DNA of 32,000 nt from Promethearchaeota archaeon. Lineage in GTDB: Archaea; Asgardarchaeota; Lokiarchaeia; Sigyniarchaeales; SOKP01. Position 1 is the stretch's first letter; each line of letters opens with the position of its first letter. The notes beneath the pieces are model-generated. The model was not told the DNA's origin. It did not search any database and worked only from the letters and a program-made list of their open reading frames with translations. The DNA is taken from NCBI GenBank assembly GCA_030606485.1, contig JAUWGH010000002.1, forward strand, positions 330,001 to 362,000, in the 5' to 3' direction. Shown in pieces: positions 25,299 through 32,000 of the stretch. Position numbers and translations under genes: made by a program.

Positions 25299-27137
25299 AT
25301 GATTAGTAAACTTGAATATATAAATGATTTTTCAATAAAGATTGAAGATATAAGTAAAATCTGCTATGATAAATCTACTAAAATATTTTCTGCCGACCTT
25401 TTTGATTTTAAATTTATAGGTCTTTATAGAAAATCGACAAAAATTAGAAAAATCTTGGATGAGCTCTATACTTTATTGATAGACTTACCAGTAAAACGCA
25501 ATGATCTTTTTCTTTTAAATTTAAAAAACTGGAAACCAATCTCTGAAAAAAGTAAAATAAAGAAACTGAATTTGACAAAAAATGATGAGTTTGTATTTGG
25601 AATAAGGTTTAATATTAATATAATCGATGAAAATACTGACCAGCATAAATTATTTAGAGATATTTTCCCTCACAAGATACCTTTTAATATGATTCTACAG
25701 AAATTCACAACAGATGTAGGCATAGATAATAGATCTTTTGAACTTTATGTAAAAGAGAAATCTATGTCTCAGTGGATTTTATTCGAGGATAATGGTGAGA
25801 AACTATTTGAAGATATAATAAGTGAATACGGAAATGTTTTTGAATTACGAATTAAGAAATTCGAATATAAAGAAGAAAAATATCTTGTAATATATTTTGA
25901 AAATAAGTTATCGCCAGAGCCCGAGCTTGTGCCGTTCCCAGTTTTACCTACTTCAACTATAACTGATCTTTTACCCGAATTATCAGAAAAATTTAATATT
26001 CAGCCACAAGATGTATCTATAACAGAAAAATATGGAACTATACTTTCACCAGAAGATTACATGCTGCCAATTAAAGAGTTGAAGGAAAAATATGGAGATA
26101 CGTTTGATATAGTTGAAATCCATTTTGCAGGTGGCGGTCCTCCTCCTCCAAAAGAAAAAGATATGTTTATCGAAGAAATTCATGAGGAAGAGAAGAAAAA
26201 ACTAAGGAAAAAAGCAATGCCTTCAATATTATCACGCCCAGCAGGCCCACCTAAAACTAAAGAAGTTAGTAAACAAGAAGTTCCTAAATTGGCTTCAGTG
26301 AAAGCACCTCCTCTTCCAGAAAGAGCATTATTTAAACGAGATGAAATTCAAATGGAAACTGAAGCTGAGGAAATTGAAGATGTGTTAGCGTATGCACCTT
26401 TAGAAGATCAAGGTATAGAAACTCCCCAATTAATCAGATATGATATCAATATGGGACTCCAATACTACTCAGTGATGATGGAACAGTGTAGTTATTTATT
26501 TTATATATATTTTTCTCATGAAGAATTAATAATAGAAGATGAGGATGGTAAAACAATAGTTAAAACGAAATTTACAATAGAAACAACTAAAAAAGAGCCC
26601 CCAGTATTAGACGTTAGAGTAGAAGGAGAAGGTTTCGAAGTTCATCCTCTTATTGCTAAACTACTTGTTAAAAAAGAAGCCGTGAACCCACCTCTTATGA
26701 TTTTTTCAGTTCTCCCTATAAAAGCAGACAAAAAAGAAAACAAGAAAAAAGATAAAGAACATACTGATACTCGATTTTTGCATGTGCTCATTGATTTTGA
26801 GGATAAAATTATAAACCACACAGTTTTAGCGATAATTGTCCAACCCAAACATTTTCACTTAGATCTTGGACCCATACATATCGATATTGGTAAAACAACT
26901 GCCACTTTTATTTCCTTAATTTCATTAGCCTGGGCAGTGATCTCAGTAATATATTCCCTCATATCTATTGATTTATCATCCACTCTATTTAATGTAGTAG
27001 GGGGATTCACTCCCAGCCTAATATCCATTCTATTTGTCGTCATTTTCTTTTACACATTAATTAAAGGAGTTTATCCACTCAAAAGAATGTGGAGTAATAC
27101 TCTTAATTTCGATAAGACTTCACCAATTTCAAAATAA
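25299..27137 (+). CDS. Membrane-anchored protein with 2-3 tandem ubiquitin-like (beta-grasp) domains, internal Gly-Gly, Pro/charge-rich linker, beta-rich domain and 2 C-terminal TM helices
   Basis: Residues ~195-280 fit a Ubl pattern (V.P.STITDLL..L...F.I.P.D..I....G.IL...D....I.EL...YGDTF.IV...AGGG). Residues ~103-187 repeat it (YGNVFEL). Residues ~30-102 may be a third copy. GGG is at 26130-26138 and is followed by PPPP. Confidence 0.65.
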   Translation: MISKLEYINDFSIKIEDISKICYDKSTKIFSADLFDFKFIGLYRKSTKIRKILDELYTLLIDLPVKRNDLFLLNLKNWKPISEKSKIKKLNLTKNDEFVFGIRFNINIIDENTDQHKLFRDIFPHKIPFNMILQKFTTDVGIDNRSFELYVKEKSMSQWILFEDNGEKLFEDIISEYGNVFELRIKKFEYKEEKYLVIYFENKLSPEPELVPFPVLPTSTITDLLPELSEKFNIQPQDVSITEKYGTILSPEDYMLPIKELKEKYGDTFDIVEIHFAGGGPPPPKEKDMFIEEIHEEEKKKLRKKAMPSILSRPAGPPKTKEVSKQEVPKLASVKAPPLPERALFKRDEIQMETEAEEIEDVLAYAPLEDQGIETPQLIRYDINMGLQYYSVMMEQCSYLFYIYFSHEELIIEDEDGKTIVKTKFTIETTKKEPPVLDVRVEGEGFEVHPLIAKLLVKKEAVNPPLMIFSVLPIKADKKENKKKDKEHTDTRFLHVLIDFEDKIINHTVLAIIVQPKHFHLDLGPIHIDIGKTTATFISLISLAWAVISVIYSLISIDLSSTLFNVVGGFTPSLISILFVVIFFYTLIKGVYPLKRMWSNTLNFDKTSPISK

Positions 27138-27178
27138 AATTAGAGTTAAAGAAAATTAAGTAAAAACTATGTGAGACG

Positions 27179-27407
27179 ATGAAAGTATCGATAGATAAGA
27201 AGATAGCTGAAAATCTAATTCAATTCAAAAAAAGAAACTTACAAAACAATATCAATAACATTTTAAAAAGATGGAATGAAACATCTGCTGATATATTTAA
27301 AAAAAGTTAAAATCGGTGTTTATATTGAGGCAGAGAATGATGCAATTGACTTGAAACAACTTTTACTCGAAGAAAAGAAATTAAATGAGTTATTAGAAAC
27401 TTTATAA
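27179..27407 (+). pseudogene. Frameshifted small helical protein gene (about 75 aa if joined); not in the ORF track
   Basis: Frame 1, 27179-27310: MKVSIDKKIAENLIQFKKRNLQNNINNILKRWNETSADIFKKS*. The +1 frame continues LKKVKIGVYIEAENDAIDLKQLLLEEKKLNELLETL* to 27407. The break is at TTTAAAAAAA (27296-27305). Confidence 0.6.
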
Positions 27408-27504
27408 TTAGAGATATCAAATTAATATTTAATCTTTTTTTGAATAATTTTTAATGAGTGAAAAAATAATAATAAAACATATACAATAGGAGATAGAATC
27501 TCAA

Positions 27505-28554
27505 TTGACAATTTTAGATAGATCAAAGGTTCGTTCCGATGTACTCAAAATTATGGATGCCTACCTTGGTATCCAAAGAAAGGTAAGTGACGAATTTCTA
27601 AAGAAAGAAGAGAATAAGGGGGTTGATTTTGATGCACTTTGGCAAAAAGTGATGGAAGGGAATGAACGTTTTTTTAAAGGAGAAAATATGAGTGGTTTTT
27701 TAACTAAGGATGAGCAGCTCTTTTTGACGAGATTTCATCGATTTGGTACCGAATATGGAGCGAATCTTGTGCAAAAAAGATACCCTATTCCTAAAGATGT
27801 TAAAATAAAGATAATTGATGCGAATGGAGTCCCAGCAGAATGGCAAATAGTTCCAAGCGCAGTAGAAGATAGAGTTTTATTATATCTTCACGGAGGTGGA
27901 TACATAATAGGATCTCCAAATGACCACCGATTACTCACAGTTCAACTAGGAAGGGCTATTAAAATGAGAGTACTGAGCATCGATTATCGTCTTGCACCTG
28001 AATATCCACATCCTGCACCACTGGAAGATTCCATTACTGTTTATAAATGGCTTTTATCAAAAGATATTAAGCCGGAGAATATTATTATCGCCGGAGATTC
28101 AGCAGGAGGTAATTTAACGCTCGTAACACTTATTAAATTACGAGATGATGGAATACCACTTCCTGCTGGAGCAGTTTGTTTATCACCAGTAACTGATTAT
28201 GCAGGCACTGGAGACTCATATTTTAAGAATGCGGAGAGAGATATATTTTTAGCAGATGCCGGGTTGTTTTGGTGGACTGAAGCACATTTAGCAGGAGCAG
28301 ATACTCGGGATCCTTTAGTTTCTCCTCTTTTTGCGGATCTAAAAGGCTTACCACCTCTTTTAATTCAAGCCAGTACAAGTGAAATGCTATATGATGATTC
28401 GAGACTCTTTGTTGAGCGCGCTAAGGCTGCTGGTTTGGATGCAACATTGGAAGTATGGGATGATATGATGCATGTATTTCAAGCTTTTGGATTACCTGAA
28501 TCAAAAGAAGCAATAACTAATATCAGTAAATTTGTACAAACATTATTCATTTAA
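27505..28554 (+). CDS. Alpha/beta hydrolase, hormone-sensitive-lipase-like esterase
   Basis: YLHGGGY, DYRLAPE.PHPA.LED, AGDSAGG, E.LYDD, MMHVFQ. TTG start with AGGAG upstream. Confidence 0.93.
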   Translation: MTILDRSKVRSDVLKIMDAYLGIQRKVSDEFLKKEENKGVDFDALWQKVMEGNERFFKGENMSGFLTKDEQLFLTRFHRFGTEYGANLVQKRYPIPKDVKIKIIDANGVPAEWQIVPSAVEDRVLLYLHGGGYIIGSPNDHRLLTVQLGRAIKMRVLSIDYRLAPEYPHPAPLEDSITVYKWLLSKDIKPENIIIAGDSAGGNLTLVTLIKLRDDGIPLPAGAVCLSPVTDYAGTGDSYFKNAERDIFLADAGLFWWTEAHLAGADTRDPLVSPLFADLKGLPPLLIQASTSEMLYDDSRLFVERAKAAGLDATLEVWDDMMHVFQAFGLPESKEAITNISKFVQTLFI

Positions 28555-28678
28555 AGTTATTTTATTTAATTTTTTTTTTATTATCTTAATATATTTGGCT
28601 TTTGAATTAAATAGATAAATTATAATACATTTTCGATAAAAATTTTATTGAAAAATACTTAATTCTTGAATCGAGGAT

Positions 28679-31321
28679 TTAGATAAGCTCAATATAAATC
28701 TTTTGCCCTTCAGTAAGGGTGATAGAATCAGATAGAACAATTTCAGCAATTTTATACTGATCTAAAAATGAGAAGATCACATTTAAAGGGCTTTTTTTGC
28801 CATCTTGAGATATAATAACACATATATTGCATTCTGTCGGTTGGAAATTACTTAAAGTCTTAAAGTAGATGGATTTTAAATCAATTTTTCCATATGCAAT
28901 AGATATGAAAGCACTGAATTTTCCTTCTGTAATTTTTTGACCTACCTGACCCCATGAAATTCTGGTTATAAAAAAAGTTTCTAAGTTGTTTATATTCATA
29001 CGTGGTTCAAGTGTTAACCGTTTGAGTTCAATTGAATAATTAACTCCTGTTAAGGCGTGAAGTAAAGTCCATGAAGACATAGCTCTGACATAATGATCCC
29101 CACACTCAACTTCGTTCCATGGATTTCGATGTGAACCATCATATCTGTTTCGAATAGATTGAATTATTTTTAAACCATCAGAGATCTTTCCAATAAATAT
29201 ACAAAGTGCGGCGATTTCATATTCGATACCTGTCCATACTTCATCACTGTAATATGTTGGAACATCTGGTTTATTTCCATGTGGCCAAGTGCAGTTCATT
29301 AATGCTGAATCACTTGGAGATGCAAAAATACGCGAAGTTTGTGTGATCCCTTTAAGGGTTTCTTTGAAATTATATTTGATTATGGATTCAATGGCTTTAT
29401 TAACATGTTCAGGTGGAAGTATATATCCGAAACCGAGTTGAAATGCCCACCATTGACCAACGAGTTGATCAGAAAAACAACCAATACCATATTGGAATTT
29501 TTTAATTTCAGTTTCATCAAATTTTTGTATATAGTATTCTCCGTTCCAGCATTCTTTATCGAGAGTTGATTGCCCTGAATTGAAAGTTTTTATTAATTTT
29601 TCCGACCATTCAGATAAGTTTAACTTATTAGCAATCTTTTCACACGCCAAAAGAGAGGTTAAATAGAGAGTGCCAATAAATGTGTTAATCCCGGTAAGAG
29701 AGCAATCATAAGTATTAGGTTGATCGGAATAGATAACTCCATTTAAGTTCTTATCATAGGTGTTAAAGATAAATTTAATTAATTTTTCAATATAGTGCCA
29801 TGATTCTTGAAGAAATTTAAGGTCGTTGGTAATTAAGAAATCCCGATAAATTTTCAGAATCATTCCGAACATTCCATCTATTGCAGGGGGGACATCGCCT
29901 GGATCTGGGATCATTCCAAACTGTGGTAAATATAGAGGAATTACAGAACGATGAGGTAGATATCCATCTTTATTTTGCATTTTGAATTCAGTCTCTCGCA
30001 TCGTCCTTTCAAGCATGGGAAATAAGTGAGCTAAGCTAAACGCATAATTCCAAACATGAGTGCAATCTAAAGGACATGAACCTCCAGATAATTTACCTGT
30101 AGATGCACCATTACATCCTTCGAATCCATGAAACGTTCCATCTCTCATCCAAAAACACGTGGGAGTCCTGATTGTAGAAAACGTAGATGATATGCTAGTT
30201 AATACTTCAGATGGGAGATTACTTGAGAAAAATGCTTCATGAAATTGTTCAGTCTTTTCTAAAAGATATGTCCAATGCTCTCGTGCATATGCGATCACTT
30301 TTAATGAATTACTGAACCATTTATTATAGTAATTTCCAATCCAAAATTCCGTTTGAGTATCAGGTATCATTGCTTTATTTATATTCCAATCAACTACACG
30401 ATTAGGAAAATTCCACGCTAAAATAAATGTTATTACGGCACTCTCTTCGGGATTTAAAATTTTTTTAGTTGCAAGGCTTCCTGCCCATGTTTGGCCAATC
30501 GCACTCATATCTTCAGAGTCAGATTGTGATAATACACCCTCGCGTGAAAAATGAGACCAAAAATCATTCAAATCCCGCCATTGGGTTGTGATTGTTGCTT
30601 CAGACTGATCAATTGCCAATGTTAAATCTCCAAATCTTCTATCTTTTTTTAATATTGTTTTTGATCTCATGTAAATGGCGTGCCAATCACCAATTCGTCT
30701 ATGAACATTAATATTACCACCAAATAAGGGATTAAATTCTCCTTTAATTCGTTTTTCTCCATCCCACCCTAAGAAATTGAGGAGACTACCCATTATAGTT
30801 ATTTCATAGGGGAACTCAGAGTTGTTTTTGAGATAAAATTGAAAAATAATTAAGGGTAAACCCGAATTTTTTGAATCCAAGGGAATGAATGGATTAAAAG
30901 CTACTAATCTAATATTAATCGGGAGTGAATTTTCTTTGAAATTTAAGAAAGAAATGGGATATTCCCCATCAAACTGAATCTCTTCAACACCTGGAAGTAT
31001 TTTGAACATATCTTCCATTGCTGCGGTTATTTTATGATCATTCGTGGTTTTTGGTGGTTTAAAACTAAGATCTTCATGAATATTAGGACAAATTAGAGCA
31101 TGACAATTTATTTTTTCAGAATTATTTCCTACTCTGCGTGTTCCGACCGCAAAAAAACTATTTGGCACAAATGCTGTATGTTTAATAGAATTTGTGATTT
31201 GCCATTGTTTGAGAAAGCCATCACCATCTATAGCAATTGAACCAGTGCCAATACCACCTAATGGCATCGCTGCGCATCGTAGTTTCTTTCCCGTTAATGG
31301 AAGAATTCCTTTTGGTTTCAT
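28679..31321 (-). CDS. GH116 family beta-glycosidase (non-lysosomal glucosylceramidase GBA2-like)
   Basis: MPLGGIGTGSI, GFEGC (nucleophile region), NTYD (acid/base region), DQLVGQW, EVWTGIEY, NPWNEVECGDHYVRAMSSW. Confidence 0.92.
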   Translation of the reverse strand: MKPKGILPLTGKKLRCAAMPLGGIGTGSIAIDGDGFLKQWQITNSIKHTAFVPNSFFAVGTRRVGNNSEKINCHALICPNIHEDLSFKPPKTTNDHKITAAMEDMFKILPGVEEIQFDGEYPISFLNFKENSLPINIRLVAFNPFIPLDSKNSGLPLIIFQFYLKNNSEFPYEITIMGSLLNFLGWDGEKRIKGEFNPLFGGNINVHRRIGDWHAIYMRSKTILKKDRRFGDLTLAIDQSEATITTQWRDLNDFWSHFSREGVLSQSDSEDMSAIGQTWAGSLATKKILNPEESAVITFILAWNFPNRVVDWNINKAMIPDTQTEFWIGNYYNKWFSNSLKVIAYAREHWTYLLEKTEQFHEAFFSSNLPSEVLTSISSTFSTIRTPTCFWMRDGTFHGFEGCNGASTGKLSGGSCPLDCTHVWNYAFSLAHLFPMLERTMRETEFKMQNKDGYLPHRSVIPLYLPQFGMIPDPGDVPPAIDGMFGMILKIYRDFLITNDLKFLQESWHYIEKLIKFIFNTYDKNLNGVIYSDQPNTYDCSLTGINTFIGTLYLTSLLACEKIANKLNLSEWSEKLIKTFNSGQSTLDKECWNGEYYIQKFDETEIKKFQYGIGCFSDQLVGQWWAFQLGFGYILPPEHVNKAIESIIKYNFKETLKGITQTSRIFASPSDSALMNCTWPHGNKPDVPTYYSDEVWTGIEYEIAALCIFIGKISDGLKIIQSIRNRYDGSHRNPWNEVECGDHYVRAMSSWTLLHALTGVNYSIELKRLTLEPRMNINNLETFFITRISWGQVGQKITEGKFSAFISIAYGKIDLKSIYFKTLSNFQPTECNICVIISQDGKKSPLNVIFSFLDQYKIAEIVLSDSITLTEGQKIYIELI

Positions 31322-31466
31322 AATTTTATTAATTCTATTAATAATTTTTATTTTTGATTTGTTTCTATTAAATTTATTTTTTTTGAATATTCTCTAATAT
31401 AATCTTTTAATATTTAGGAAAGTAATTTTCCCAAAATACAGCCAAAAATCTGGAAATTAACAAAAT

Positions 31467-32000
31467 TCAGATTGTTCTGAAAAAAAAATACACTAAAATT
31501 GTTGAGGCGATTACTGAAATTATAATTAATGCACCAAATTCATTTTTAGTTATTGGTTTTAGAATTTTTGTTATTAATGTAAGCAATATTGCAGATAATG
31601 GAATTCCGAGCCAAAATAAAAATGTAGTATTTACCGGAAAATTAGATGATGGTAGTGGGACAAATAATAGGAATAGCGATAATGTTATAAATCTCAATAA
31701 TAGATTGATTAAAAGCCCGTATTGTAATTTAAAGATCCGAATTATTAGAAAGTCTAGACAAAATACAAAAGAAATCAAAAAAATATTAATAAAAAATGTA
31801 GTAGTGAATATCGGGATCCCACCTATGGAGTATATATAATAAGCGAAAACATTATTAACCAATCCGAAGATTAGAAATGAAGAAAAAATCCAAATACAAT
31901 TTTTTATTAAGAATACAATTTCTTTTTTCTCAAATATGGTAAATTTATCTATGGATAGTAAAATAGGTAATTTTAATTTTAAAAATAAGAGAATACCTGA
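31467..32000 (-). CDS. C-terminal part of a polytopic membrane protein; begins outside the window
   Basis: The frame of the listed 31467-31862 ORF stays open to base 32000 (…SGILLFLKLKLPILLSIDKFTIFEKKEIVFLIKNCIWIFSSFLIFGLVNN…). It has several TM segments. Confidence 0.7.
   Translation of the reverse strand, partial: SGILLFLKLKLPILLSIDKFTIFEKKEIVFLIKNCIWIFSSFLIFGLVNNVFAYYIYSIGGIPIFTTTFFINIFLISFVFCLDFLIIRIFKLQYGLLINLLLRFITLSLFLLFVPLPSSNFPVNTTFLFWLGIPLSAILLTLITKILKPITKNEFGALIIISVIASTILVYFFFRTI

Noticed and set aside
24435-31397. ORFs at 24435-24707, 26642-26848, 26855-27043, 29339-29569 and 31194-31397
   Set aside because: Antisense shadows of pgk, the multi-Ubl gene and GH116.
31407-31469. 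TGA stop of the edge membrane protein as possible Sec
   Set aside because: No redox-motif context and no SECIS-like stem in the downstream AT-rich region. An ordinary stop, or an indel in the adjacent T9 run, is more likely.
1-32000. rRNA, tRNA, CRISPR arrays, transposases or integrases
   Set aside because: No GC-rich structured RNA gene, regularly spaced repeat array or mobile-element protein motif was recognisable by eye.

Overview
This is a very AT-rich archaeal window, most likely from Asgard archaea (Lokiarchaeia/Promethearchaeota). That assignment is inferred from a gelsolin-domain protein, a protein with tandem ubiquitin-like domains, a Loki/PGF-CTERM-like sorting tail and a eukaryote-type SECIS hairpin. 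It carries about 28 genes or gene remnants, mainly for heterotrophic metabolism: glycosidases (GH4 partial, GH51, GH20, GH116), two alpha/beta hydrolases, a URO-D/MtaA-family protein, a divergent pair of DRE-TIM (homocitrate/isopropylmalate synthase-like) enzymes, an MFS + 4Fe-4S + Cys-rich protein operon, an orphan DNA methyltransferase, a NikR-like regulator, a core methionine synthase, a C13 peptidase and pgk. No rRNA, tRNA, CRISPR array or transposase was seen. The main discovery is an unannotated 49-aa single-TM ORF missed by the ORF track (25165->25016, minus strand). It ends ...QPPPNGGG-TGA-TGC-TAA and is followed about 20-40 nt downstream by a eukaryote-like SECIS hairpin (AUGAU/GGAU core, 9-bp helix II, AAA-led apical loop). 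It is a candidate new Asgard membrane selenoprotein whose tail resembles eukaryotic SELENOK/SELENOS. It lies head-to-head with a membrane-anchored protein carrying up to three ubiquitin-like domains that end in Gly-Gly. All calls come from manual motif reading; no database searches or folding programs were run.
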